From Thecamonas trahens ATCC 50062 (taxonomy: Eukaryota > Protista > Apusomonadida): 64,000 bases of DNA. The position numbers were made by a program, and so were the translations under genes. Positions 34,649 to 46,409 of this stretch are shown here, piece after piece (within the stretch, counting starts at the first letter, position 1; each line of letters opens with the position of its first letter). Under the pieces are notes generated by a model. It was not told the origin of the DNA and searched no databases. It worked only from the letters and a program-made list of their open reading frames with translations. Location of the stretch: positions 1 through 64,000 of the forward strand of contig NW_013657643.1 in NCBI RefSeq assembly GCF_000142905.1, in the 5' to 3' direction.

Positions 34649-35282
34649 AGCAGAGAGGAGGAGGAGAATGAGGGAGGGGTGATGGGAGGGGGTGGAGTGA
34701 TGTGTATGGGGGGAGCGAGGGAGGGAGGTGTGTTGGGGAGCATCATTCGGGTTGCCATGGCGGTTGTTGGCAGCCGACTGTCGTCATCATTGTTGTCGTC
34801 GTCATCGTTGATCTCCATCACATCATCACGCACGGGTTGATCAAGTCTGCCTGTCATTATAGTGGTGCTGGAGAAGGGTGATGGTATGGATGATAGAAGG
34901 AGGGTTTGTCTTGGATGATCGATGGGGGAAGGGGAGGAAGGGGGGGGGGCGAGGGGGGCGGGTGTGCCCGAGCTGACCCGGTCAATGACGCGCAGTGGCA
35001 ATGACGTGATGGGGACGAGTTGTGGGTAAAGGCATGAGATGGAGGCAGCGATGGTGTGATCGGGGAAGGAGAGTGGGTGGCGACATGATAGAGAGAGAGA
35101 GAGTGTGTGTGTGTGATGGGGTGGATGGGGGAGGGGATTGTGAATGAGGGCTGGGGAGGGGAGGGAGGGCGGGGAGGAGGCACCAGCTCGTGTACCCGAG
35201 CAATGGAGCAGAGTGCGGATGGCTCACCGGGCACCAGGTTCCAGGCATTAGACACGAGCATAGGCAACACTTGACGCAGACC

Positions 35283-35705
35283 ATGGACATTGCACACAAG
35301 GTAGGTGACGGTGGGGATGAAGGCGAGCAGCAGCCGCGGGGGCTCGGCAAGCAGGGGGGAGGGGGAGCGAGGAAGGAGGCTTGCCCGCCGAAGCACTCAC
35401 GCCTGGGTGTGGACGGTGGCGATGTCGATGACGACGCGTGTTTGTGGGCGGACATGTGCGTGATGGGTGATGGTGGCAATGGGCGGTGATGGTCGGCGGA
35501 CGTGAGGATGTAGGTGGTGGCCGGCTCGCTCGGCGTGGCCTCGATCTATCTCACGGGATCGTTCCTCTTCAACACCTTCAACATTGTCCGCCAGTCGAAG
35601 GAGGGCCCGCCGCCGAACGCCCGGGTCAACGTCGAGGCTCAGGAGGCCGCGAACACTGCTGGCGCGTCGACAACATTGTCGAATGGATCATCGGCATCGC
35701 CGTAA
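35283..35705 (+). CDS. Small single-TM protein resembling COX14; exons 35283-35300, 35514-35705
   Basis: ACCATGG context; MDIAHK|VVAGSLGVASIYLTGSFLFNT resembles the COX14 D.xH(K/R)..L...xY..G pattern; GTAGGT..TAG intron keeps frame. Confidence 0.5.
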
Positions 35706-35999
35706 CAAGATCGAGTCCCTCGATCGCCGCCTCGACGATCGACCTGCCTGCACTCGCCAATCGGTTGCCGAGCTGCCCATGTACATGGTCGAATCCCGCG
35801 GCAGCCGTAGCCGTCCCTTCATGCGTGCTTCGGATTGCGTACAACTGTTGCCCGCCGTATAAAGCATGCCACCCTCATGGTCAGCTCCGCCACGGCGGTA
35901 CCTGATCCCTCTGCGAGCCCGAGCACACGACAACCTGTCCCTGGCCCTAGCCCAGCCAGAGACACACTTGACTCTACACGTTTCAAGGTGGCGCGTGTC

Positions 36000-36744
36000 A
36001 TGGCAGCCGACGGATCGTCCTCGTCCTCGGGCGTCTTCTCCATCCCTGATGAGCTCGAGGAGATGCTCGATGACATCTCCAAGAAGTCGATGGAGTTTGC
36101 CGAGGAGCTGTCCGAGAAGCTCGACACAAAGTACAACTGCTGCGGCGTCAACTTTGGCTTTGATCCCATTCTTGGTACGGGCTGTACCGACCGTAGTGAG
36201 CAAGGGGCATGCTAAGACTACGGCCCAAATGCTCTGCGAGTATGGCGAGGATTGGGTGGGGATAGCGGTCGTATGTGGCTTGGGCATGGTCAGGTGGCGT
36301 GGGAGACGAGCCGGTTTTGAGCGTTGCGAAACGCGCGCAAAGGTCGTTCAGGCCATGGAGGGGTAGGGAGTGGGGGGGATGGGCAAGGTGAGGGCACACA
36401 GACTCACTCTGGGACATGGGCTGGGGACGTGCTGGAGGAAGGCAGGTCTCATTCCGTTGGTGGGGGATGCTGTGGCTGTCTTTATTGCCGGCTCGCTCGT
36501 CCTCCGCTCGGTCGTTCTTGGCCTGCCAAAGTGCAAGCTCTTCCACATGGGCTACAACATCGGGACGGATGCCCTGCTGGGCGCGTGCCCTATTCTGGGC
36601 GATATCTTTGACGTCTCGTTCAAGGCTAATGTGAAGAACACAGAAGTGCTGCGCAAGTTCCTCGCCAAGCACGGCGGCGCGCCGAATGCCGACCAGATGG
36701 ACGGGACCGAGGACCCCAAGTGCTGTCCGTGCGGATGCTGTTGA
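36000..36744 (+). CDS. DUF4112 family membrane protein; exons 36000-36174, 36446-36744
   Basis: LD..CCGVNFGFDPILG|LIPLVGD and PILGDIFDVSFKANVKN; Cys-rich tail KCCPCGCC. Confidence 0.85.
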
Positions 36745-36904
36745 GTGGCCGAGGGCCAGAAGAGGCGCGGCTAGGCTGTTCGCGGGCGCCGGTACGGCGG
36801 CTTTGGACTCGATGATGCTGGGCTAAGGGGATAAATGCTGCGCTGTCGCGATGGTGTGTGTGTGTATGTGTGTGTGTGTGTGTGTGTGTGTATGCAGCAG
36901 AGAG

Positions 36905-39066
36905 CTAGAACGAGGCGCCGGCGAGGTCAGCGTCGCCGACAGAGCGGGTCTCGAGCTGCTCCATGCACTGCTCCATGAGCGAGCGGCCGGAGATGAGCTT
37001 GGTGGTGGCAACGATAAAGTCCTCGCGGCGGTCTGTGGCGGCCGAAGCGAGGAAGCGAATGGCGGCGAGCTCTGCGTAGGCGATGCCGCCGATGTAGACG
37101 ACGAGTGTGACGCGCGAGCGCTGGGCGGCTTCGGAGCGCATGGCATCGGCGGGGTCTGCGCCCGGGGCGGCGGGCGGGAGGTCGTCGTGGAGCGAGATGC
37201 CCTGCGGAATCTCCTGCTGGGCCTCGAACATGGGCTCGGGGATGAGGGCGGCGACGGGGCGCGGGATGGCGGCCCAGGAGCCCGGGCGCGAGGCGAGCTC
37301 GATGAGGCGGACGGAGAGCGGGGCGTAGCCGGAGAAGACGTACGAGATGTCGTCGGGATCGGCCTCGTTGACCTCGTCGGGGAGGAGGTTGAAGTTTTTG
37401 ACCAGGAGCGGGAAGCTCGACTTGCCCTCTGAGCGCTTGAAGAGGCCGAGCTTCTCGAGGTTGTGGAGGGTGAACATGTGCTCAAAGCCGTAGGCCTGGA
37501 CGATTTCACGGCGAAGAAAGTCGAACATCTTAGACTTGACGCCGTTGAGGGTGAGCGAGAGGATGCAGATCAGGCGCAGGACCTTGGTCAGCGGTTCCTG
37601 CTTGTTGATGCACTCCTCGATGTAGGCGACCGTCGAGGCCGAGTCGACCGAGTTGAGCATGGCCTGCTCGGCCTCAAGCTGGCGGTGGAAGGCGTCGGCG
37701 CGGGTCACCCGCATCAGCGCCTCGGTAATGTTCGTGTGGACGGTGAGCGACTTGTGCTCCGCCTGCGCATCCTTGAACGTGCCCACGTACGCCTTGACAT
37801 CAGAAATGGTCTGCACCTCGTGGCGCATGTCGTACGACTGGCGGACGCCCTCGGCCTTGGCGTGGAGGAGCGGGCCGAGAATGGCAAAGTTGTGGTCACG
37901 AATCTCGGTGTAGAGCTTGTCGTTTGAGTTGAGAGGGTGCTTGACCTGCCGACCGGTGCCCGACGGGCCGTCTGGGCCGAGCATGGCCGGATCGAGCCAC
38001 ACAAACGTGTTCTTGATGCCAAACTCCTCGTTGATGAGGCCCTCGTAGGTGAGCGGGGTGCAGAGCGGAGTGACGAGGTCGACTGCGCGGTCGATGAGAA
38101 TGACCCGGTCGATTTCGGGCGTGATCATGTTGGCCTCGGACGACTGTGCCGCCATCCGCATCATCATGTCTGCCACAAGCTTGGCTGCCGGCCCTGCGCC
38201 CATGATGTGCGGAATGGTGCCGTACATGGCCTGGATCTTCATCAGCGACGTCGCCACCGAATACAGCGCCGTCCGGTCGCCGTCGAGGTAACACTCTCGG
38301 AACGCGCTCTCCATTTCCAGCGAGAGCACGTCGTCGTCGAGTGGAATGAGGTCCATCGCAAACTCAAACAGCGTGCAGTCGCCGAGCACGCCCTCCTCCT
38401 CCAGCACCCGCTCGCAGATAAGCGTCTTGCGCGGCGCAAAGAGCACAAAGTACTCGTGCGTGCCCTCCACCGCTCCCCGGATCTGCCTCGCAATCATCTT
38501 CATGTTCTTGAGCGTCGGCCGGGTAATGTACACCACATTGCGAGCCGCGTCACGCAGCGCACCGGCCTCGAGCTTGCGCAGGTTGGCCACGCCATGCTGC
38601 TGCAGAAACGGCACAGTCGTGACCAGGCCCAGCGGTCCCGTGAGATTCGAGTCGATCACCAGCTCCTTGTCGCCGCGGATCTGCACCATGTTGACCGCCG
38701 CGGACCAGGGCAGAAGCAAGCGGCAGCCGAGTACACGCCATGGGTGAGTCCACATGCTATACACACACCACACACACACACGCACTGCGCATGCCATCTT
38801 CCCCACCTCCACTTGCCCTGTACCCCCCCCTCCCCCCGCTCACCGTCCACACATGCGGCGGGAGCCGGTGCCCATGGCCCATGTGCGACCAAATTCCCTC
38901 ACCAACCACCCCACGTCCCTCCCCTCCCCACCACCACCACCACCACCACCACCACCACCACTACCATCACCACACATACCATGTCAAGGTAGTCCATGAG
39001 CTCCTCCTTGGCATGCTCGCGGAGTGCAGCGAGGTTCACCACCGCTCCGGACAGGTTGGCAGCCAT
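36905..39066 (-). CDS. VPS33: Sec1/Munc18 family vacuolar sorting protein VPS33; exons 39066-38980, 38680-36905
   Basis: GDKELVID..LTGPLGL, FAPRKTLICERVLEEEG, LSLE, DRAVDLVTPLCTPLTYEGLI, YVFSGYAPLSVRL, GGIAYAELAAIRFL. Confidence 0.95.
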
Positions 39067-39371
39067 GGTAGTCGGCCGAGTGCCACGACAAGTGCTGGTG
39101 CCGTCTAGTCGCTCACGCCCACGCTCACGCTCACGCTCCCCTCTCCCCCTCTCGGCTCCTCTTGCTGCCCACCTCTGGCCAATCTCTCGCCAACCTGTCA
39201 TGCCCTTCCTGATGAGGCCCCACTGCTTCCGATTGTGCCCAATTCATGCATTCTCATAGCCGATCGAGTCGAGTCAGCCGACTGTCATCGTGGGAGTCTG
39301 ATGACCCGCAAAGAGCCTCTCCCCCCCTCCCTCTCTCTCTCTCTCTGTTCAAAGATCACGGGCGACAGCAG

Positions 39372-40185
39372 CTACACGTGGTCGTCGAGAATCGAGTGCA
39401 GCTCGGGATCAATGACGGGGCTGGCGTCTGATGACGGCTCGATCGAGTCTGAGAGCGTCTCGAGAAACTCGACGATCTCGGCGAGCGAGCGCCCGGCAAG
39501 GACGGGCGAGTCGGCGAGTGCATTGCGGAGCGTATCTGCTCGCCCTTCCTTTGTAATCTGCGCCAGCCGCGCCTCCAACTCGGTGTTCTCCACCGTCAGC
39601 TGCTCCAGCTCGTCCCTGAGCGCCTCAATGGCGTACTCCTGGCCCTCGGTCACCACGCTGCTGTTCGATCGGTGGCTCATTGTATTCGGCAGATCTGCAC
39701 ATCACACCGCCGCACCCATGAGTACATCCATCTCTCCCTCTCTGCCTATCGCACACTCTCCCCTCCATCCACACCATGCAGCCGTACACAGAGATGATGC
39801 CAGATACGCATCGCCCGACGCATTCATCAGCCCAACCGCGTTCTCGCGCTCGTGCTTCTCCTCCAGATACCGACCCTATTCCCACGCCCACGCCCACGCC
39901 CACACCCACATCCATGCCCATGCCCATGCCCATGCCGACACCCACGGCCACGGCCACGGCCATGCCCATCCCCCCCCCAGGCCCCACGTCACCATGCATG
40001 AGTCTGCTCCAGATCACCCACCCCTCGCCCCCACCCCCACCCCACCCCTCACCCCTCGCCCCCACCCCCCGCCCCAACCATACAATGACCGCCTCTAGGG
40101 CTGTATGCAGCTGAATAGCATCGTCCCAGTCCTCCGGCACCGCAATGCCCAGCTGGACCAGCCTCCGCTCGAGCTCGTCGGTCAT
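39372..40185 (-). CDS. Hypothetical small coiled-coil protein; exons 40185-40084, 39875-39788, 39694-39372
   Basis: Two GT-AG introns (GTATGG, GTACGG) join three segments in frame; heptads LRDELEQLTVENTELEARLAQI. Confidence 0.6.
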
Positions 40186-40333
40186 GCAGAGAGTAGCGTC
40201 GCGTCGAGTCGAGTGCAGCTCCCGGCTCCCGCGCCTGCCAGAGACAGCTCACAACGCGGCCTTTGAACAGATGGGCCGCTCGCCCATCACGATCTGCTTT
40301 ACCACGAAACCAACCACGGGGCTAGCGATAGTA

Positions 40334-41380
40334 CTAGAGATTGGCATGCGAGGGCATACGCTTGCGATCACGAGCAAGGTTCTTCTTCCGCTTGCGCTTG
40401 ACGTACTTGTTGAGGTTGCCGGACTTCTTGAGCTCCTCAAACTTGATGGCGAGGTCAAGCTTTTTGCGGTCCTTGTTCTTGAGATGGTACGGGTTCTTGC
40501 CCTGCGCCACCAGCGCTGCCTCCATCCGCTTGCGCTCGATGTTGCGCCGCGCCTTGGCCCGCCGATCATCAATGTTGGAGGCCATGGCCTGAACCTTGCG
40601 CAGCTGGTCGCGCAGCTCCGCGCGCGCATCAGGGTTGCGCTCCTTCTTCAGCGACTTGCGCAGCTGCCCCATTTCCACGTCCTGCTGCTCGCGGATGTGT
40701 TTGTATCGAGCGTACCAGAGGTTGTGGTCGGTCGAGCCCGAGACGAGCGAGTCGAACCGCGGATCACGGGCCCGCACCGGCTTCTTGCCGCCGCGCAGCC
40801 GCGACGGAAGGCCCCGCGGCTTGGTCTTGGCTGACATCTCCACCGGCCCATGCCGCGACGTTCTCTGCCTCTTCATCGGCCGCTGCGAGCTCTTGCGCTC
40901 ATCGTCGGAGCTCGACGCACCCTCCGATCCGCTTCCCCAGCCGCCTGCCCCGGACTCGTCCGACGAGTCTCCCAGCCGCTGCCGCCGCAGCGCGTCCCGC
41001 TTCCGCTTCCGCGCCAGCGCCAGACCGCCCTTGACGCGAGCGAGCACAGTGCCCAGCTCCTCGTCGTCCTCGCTCACATCGCTCCGGTCGAGATATCCGA
41101 CCGAGTCCATCGATCCCGACGAGCAGCCTTCACCGTCGTTCGACACACCGCTCTCCACCGACGACGATGATGTCGAGTATGTGTACGTGTACTCGTCGTC
41201 GTGCGCCTTGGCCGCCTCGGACCACTTTGCCCGTGCCGCCGCCCGCGACGCCTTCCCATCCCTCGCCACCGGCTGCTCGTCGTCTCCCCTCTTGGCAGGC
41301 CAGCCCTTGCCCTTGCCCTTGCCTTTACCCCCGGAAGCCCCCCTGCCCTTGCTCTTTCCCTTGTCCTTGCCACCACCCAT
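40334..41380 (-). CDS. RRP36: rRNA processing protein RRP36
   Basis: GPVEMSAK, RDPRFD, GKNPYHLK..KFEELK.SG.L.KY..RKRKK. Confidence 0.88.
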   Translation of the reverse strand: MGGGKDKGKSKGRGASGGKGKGKGKGWPAKRGDDEQPVARDGKASRAAARAKWSEAAKAHDDEYTYTYSTSSSSVESGVSNDGEGCSSGSMDSVGYLDRSDVSEDDEELGTVLARVKGGLALARKRKRDALRRQRLGDSSDESGAGGWGSGSEGASSSDDERKSSQRPMKRQRTSRHGPVEMSAKTKPRGLPSRLRGGKKPVRARDPRFDSLVSGSTDHNLWYARYKHIREQQDVEMGQLRKSLKKERNPDARAELRDQLRKVQAMASNIDDRRAKARRNIERKRMEAALVAQGKNPYHLKNKDRKKLDLAIKFEELKKSGNLNKYVKRKRKKNLARDRKRMPSHANL

Positions 41381-41539
41381 CCCCAGCGAAAATGAGTGTC
41401 GTGTGTCTCGTCCGTGTCTCGTCGCCTTTCCCTCCCGGCCTGCGGCCGGGTTGGATGGATGGGAGCACTTCGGCCGGTGGCCCGTCGGCCGGCAAGTGGA
41501 GCACAGGTTTTACAATGCCAGGCAGAGCAGGTTGGCACT

Positions 41540-42962
41540 CTAGATGACCTTCTCGATGAGAACGGCAATGCCCTGGCCACCGCCGATGCAGGCCGAGCCA
41601 ATGGCGTACTTGACGTCCAGGTTGGCGACGCGATGGGCGAGGTGCGACATGATGCGGGCGCCCGAGGCTCCCAGCGGGTGGCCGAGAGCGATGGCGCCAC
41701 CGGACGCGTTGGTGATGGCGCGGTCGAGGCCGAGCTCACGCTCGCAGGCGAGGTACTGCGGGGCAAAGGCCTCGTTGATCTCGACCAGGCCGATGTCGTC
41801 GAGCGAGAGGCCGGACTTGGCAAGCACGCCGCGGATGGCCGGGACCGGGCCGATGCCCATGATGGTCGGGTCGACGCCCTCGACGTGCCAGGCGACGACG
41901 CGGGCGAGCGGGTTGAGGCCGTGCTTGTTGGCGGCCTCCTCCGAGGCGACGACAACCGACGCGGCACCGTCACAAATGCCCGATGCCGCGCCAGGCGTGA
42001 CCACGCCGTCCTTCTTGAACACCGTCGGCAGCTTGCCGAGCCCCTCAAGCGTCGTCTCCGGCCGCGGGTGCTCGTCGATGGCAAAGGTCGTCGTCTTCCC
42101 GCGCTTGCCCTTGACCTCCACCGGCGCAATCTCGGCGTCAAACACGCCGTTGGCCGCCGCCGCCGCCCACCGGGCCTGCGACGCGAGCGCGTACTCGTCC
42201 GAGTCCTCGCGCGTCACGTTGTACATCTCGGCGAGCTTCTCCGCCGTCATGCCCATCGGCGACTGCACATGCGAGTCGGTGAGCCCGGCCCAGAGCGTGT
42301 CCGTCATCTGCGGAGGCTGCCCCAGCACCGTTCCGAACCGCATCGAGCCCGGCAGGTGGTACGGCGCCTGCGACATCGACTCGGTTCCGCCCGCAACCGC
42401 CACCGAAGCCTCGCCGAGGAGGATAGAGTGCGCCGCTGAGACCAGCGACTCAAAGCCGGAGCCGCACAGCCGGTTGACCACGTGCGCCGGCGTCGAAATC
42501 GCGCACCCCGACTTGAGCGCCACATGCCGCGCAAGGTACGCCGCCTGCGGGTCAGTCTGCTGCACGTTGCCGATCACCACGTTGTCGACGGCCCTGTGCG
42601 CACGAGTGAGAAGAAGGGAGAGTGAGTGGGGGTGTCACGGTCATCGCTTGGGTGGTCTCCGCCACTTCAAATTTGTCACTCTCCTCGCGGCGGAAGAAAA
42701 TGACGCGCTAACGCCACCTCGCCTCAACCCGGCCGTCATTCTTCGCTCGCCAGCTCCCCGCCCAGCCCGCAGGCGAAGCAAGACTCTGCCCCCCCACAAC
42801 CACCACGTACTCGGCCGAGACGCCAGCGTCAGCAATGGCGGCGCGGGTGGCATGGACCGCAAGGTCGGTGGCTGACATGCCCTTGAGCGTCCCGCCAAAG
42901 GTGCCAAACGGCGTCCGCTTGGCGCCCACAATGAAGAGGTTCGTAGCTGCGCGAGCTGCCAT
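41540..42962 (-). CDS. ACAA2: Mitochondrial 3-ketoacyl-CoA thiolase; exons 42962-42811, 42593-41540
   Basis: GAKRTPFG, NRLCGSG, EINEAFAPQ, GGAIALGHPLGASG, SACIGGGQG. Confidence 0.95.
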
Positions 42963-44082
42963 GCTAAAGTGCTTGGTGCAAGAGTCAGTGAAGTGCTACA
43001 GTCGCCGATGCCTTGACCGCGCCCGTCGTCCCTCAACAACACACAGCCCCCCCTCACCGCATCAAGGCTGTAAACGGCGACAGCTTCAAGGATGGGGAGA
43101 CGGGGGCGGCCGTCGCAAAACCGGCCATCGTCGATCCATCGGTCTGTATAAACGTCGAGGTGCCGATCAAGGCCGGGCCGATTGCCCGAGCGCTGGCCGG
43201 TGCTCTTATCATGCATGCAGGCAACATCTCCAAGGGACGCCCATCCTCTACATTGCAGCGGATACCAGCTGCAGGTATCTGTGCTTTTATTGCGCTACAG
43301 CAAAGCGACTCGTGGCCAGCCCAAGCTCGCTCGAGATCCGATCCCAGCCGACCACATGTCAGTGCATTGAATTGATACCCCCCCATCATCCACTGGCAGC
43401 TGGCCAGTTGCCCAATCTTGATGACGCCATCCAACACCGCCATCTCGCCGACTCGCCGCAGGCAACAGCTCCGCAGTCGAGGCCACCGCGTTCGACCGAC
43501 GAGTGCCGGCCGATTCGCCCGCCGGCCAGTCTGCACTAGAGGCACTCGACTCGGCGGTGAGGCAACCGAGCTTGGTGTATGTCCCCATGTGAGAGAGCGT
43601 GTTGATGGAGCCGGTAGCGTTGTACCTGGGTGGGTATAGATGGCTGATGTGGGTATGGTCTGTGCTCTTGCCAACGTATGCGCCATGCTCAGACTCGCCA
43701 TGGTCGCCGCCTCCCACCGGCTGGCATTGCCTCCATTTTCGGCTCGCCATCCCATCGCTGCGGGAGAGCGAGGGCTAGGGATGGGCAAGTATGGGGCATT
43801 GTCCATGGATTCCTCCCCGTTCTTCAGCTGTACCCCTCGGCGTAGCATGGTGGTAGACCCTGCGCGTCGTTTCTCTACCTTTATCAGCCTCTTTCCCCGT
43901 ACCCAGCCGCGAGAATGCCTGTGACGCGCTGTGTGTGTTGGTGGAGACAGTCGAATCGAGAGCGACTCACCGAGAGATGCGGCGATGATGGCGATGCGGG
44001 GGATGATGCTGAACTGCGGCGATGATGTGATGGCGGCCTTTGGCTGTACGGTATGGTACTCGACGTGGTTGCAGTGGGAGGG

Positions 44083-45026
44083 ATGGACATCGAGGACGTT
44101 GTTGTGGAGGACGGGGGCTCGCCTCGCATCTGTTTGCTGGGGCGATGGCGGGTATTGCTGAGCATGTGGTTATGTTTCCCGTAGACACCATCAAGACCCG
44201 CATGCAGGTCACGGTGGCGGCCGTGGAGGGCGTCGCAGGCTCGGCGGGCGGCGCTACGGTGGGCATCCGCGGACCGACGGGCATGGTGGGAGTGGCGCGG
44301 TCGATTGTGGTGAACGAGGGCGTGATGCGGCTGCTTCGCGGCGCTCAGAGTGTGGCGCTGGGTGCTGGCCCGGCGCACGCACTGTACTTTGCCACGTACG
44401 AGAAGATGCGTAAGGTGCTTGGCGGTGACAACCGCGACGAGCACACGCCGTTGGCGGCGGCGGCGACGGGCGCGGTGGCGACTACCGTGTGTGACACGAT
44501 CATGACCCCGTTTGACGTCATGAAGCAGCGGCTGCAGATCTCAGGCTCACCCTACCGTGGCGTGGTCGACTGCGCCCGGACCATGCTCCGAGTTGAGGGC
44601 TTTGCGGCCTTCTTCCGCTCGCTCCCCACCACGCTCGTCATGAACGTGCCGTACGCCGGCTTCCACTTTGCCGCATACGAGTCGCTGTCCAGAGTACTGA
44701 TCTCGGACAACGACCACCACCCGCTGGCCAACTCTCTGGCCGGCGCCGGCGCCGGCGCCTCGGCCGCCGCCCTCACCACTCCGCTCGACGTCGTCAAGAC
44801 CCGCCTGCAGACCCAGGACATCGGCGCCGCCACCGGCGCCGCCATCCGCAAGGTTCCTTACAGAGGCATGGTCCAAACTGCACGCACCATCGTCGCCGAG
44901 GAGGGCCTCCGCGGCCTCTTTGCTGGCATGGTCCCGCGCATGCTGTTCTTTGCACCCGGCGCCGCCATCGCATGGACCACATACGAGACGCTCAAGCATC
45001 TGACCCGCCACTGGGCCTCCGAGTAG
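44083..45026 (+). CDS. MFRN: Mitochondrial carrier, mitoferrin/MRS3-4 type (probable -1 frameshift at G5 44113-44117)
   Basis: AGIAEH..MFPVDTIKTRMQ, GAGPAHALYFATYE, PFDVMKQRLQ, TTPLDVVKT; acidic start MDIEDVVVEDG is one base out of frame. Confidence 0.9.
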
Positions 45027-45261
45027 CTCGTCTCCAGCCGACTCCTAGTCGCCTGTTAACATAATTGCTGCTCTCTTCTGCTTGCTTCACTGGCTTTCCC
45101 CCTCTTAGCCTTCTGCTGCCCGCACACAGGCGTCGCGCCTCACACCGAGCACCGCGCCTCGCCGTGCTCCGGGACTGGGGAGACCGGAGAGCAGCGGCGT
45201 GCTGCGGGTGCGCGTCCAGCCGACAAGCGGCTGGATGTGCGAGGCGGGATGGCGCCGAGGC

Positions 45262-45330
45262 TCGGGCCGCGCTCCGGCCCGCGCAGTGAGCACAGGCTTG
45301 AGGAGCGCGACCGTCATGTCGTGTGCTGAC
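45262..45330 (-). promoter_or_regulatory. Candidate SECIS element in the 3' UTR of the selenoprotein U gene
   Basis: Minus strand ATGAC-GGTCGCGC-TCCTC-AA-...-GCGCGGGCC-GGAG: UGAN/NGAN core, GC stem, apical AA; ~80 nt after the stop. Confidence 0.55.
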
Positions 45331-45398
45331 CAGCAGCAGTCGAGGAGAGGGAGGGGGGGGGGGGGGGGGGGGGAACGGGGAAAAGAGGCTACCTTGCG

Positions 45399-46262
45399 CT
45401 ACAGCATCAGCTCCTCCTTGTCGCCGGGGCACTCGGACTCGGAGCGCGGCTCAGGAGCAGAAATATCCGAGGTGTCGGGCGCGTCGGCAGCGTTGCCGCC
45501 GAGAGCTTCGAGGATGTCGCCGAGAGGCGCGTGCTCGCCGTAGTTCTCCTGGCGGAACTCGTAGAGCAGATCGCCGCCGATGTCAAAGACAAAGGTGCCG
45601 CCGAGCTGGAAGCCGTCGCCCTTGAGGTTGCCTTCAAAGCCGCGGTCCTTGGACTCCTTGATCCGCTTGCGGGCGGTTGAGTTGAAGAGGCCAAAGCCCG
45701 AGGTAATGCCCTTCTTGGCCAGGCGAAGCGCCTTGTGGATAGTCTTGCCCTCGTTGACGAACAGCTCGCCGGCCCAAAAGTTACCATCGTAAAAGTCCTT
45801 GTAGCCAAAGGTCTCCACGCCGACGCCCACCAGCCGAACGCCCATGGCGTCCAGCTGCGGCTTGAGCTGGCTCAGCTCGTAGGCCCCCAGTCTGCAGATT
45901 TGTCAGCCAAACCTACGCAGGACATGAACCACAACCCGCTGTGCACCCATTCGCCCGTTGTTTGCCGCCCAGCGTTTGCCCACCACCGTTGCCCGTCCCG
46001 TCCACCATCACCAGCCGCCGCCAGGCACAGATAGGGATGAACGAAATAAGAGAGGAGAAAAAAACAATGAGTCTGTTGTTGCCCCCCCCCCCCGGGCTGG
46101 GTCACGTCACGTCACGTCAGCCCCCCTCCCCCCTCCCCTCCCCAACCATCGTACCTGCTCCTTCCACAGAGTCTTCACCTGCATCTGCTGCGGGGTGAGA
46201 CGGTCGGTGATGACGCACTCACCAATGGCGTCCGCCACCTGGTGCACGTCAGAGTCGGCCAT
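45399..46262 (-). CDS. SELENOU: Selenoprotein U / peroxiredoxin-like 2 (AhpC-TSA_2) with Sec at TGA 45905-45903; exons 46262-46155, 45938-45399
   Basis: LWKEQ|RVVVHVLRRFG*QICR where * sits at the first Cys of the family RRxGCxxCR motif; downstream GVRLVGVG and LKGDGFQLGGTFV. Confidence 0.85.
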
Positions 46263-46409
46263 GGTGAAGGTGAAGTGTGTCGGGGGGTGTGGGGTGTGGG
46301 GTGTTGGGGGGTTGGGAGGGGGTCAGCCAGTCAGCCAAGTCCGACAGATGCTTTTCCCCCGTCTTTTAGATGGAGAGGACTGCGTGGTGATGGCTGGGTT
46401 GAGAGGAGG

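Noticed and set aside
39695-40083. Apparent additional frameshift in the 39372-40185 gene
   Set aside because: Resolved by an internal 88-nt exon (39875-39788); the GM/GV repeat ORF is intronic hexamer repeat
43054-43848. 264 aa ORF between thiolase and mitoferrin
   Set aside because: No recognisable motif, atypical codon usage and competing frames of similar quality; not supportable without RNA data
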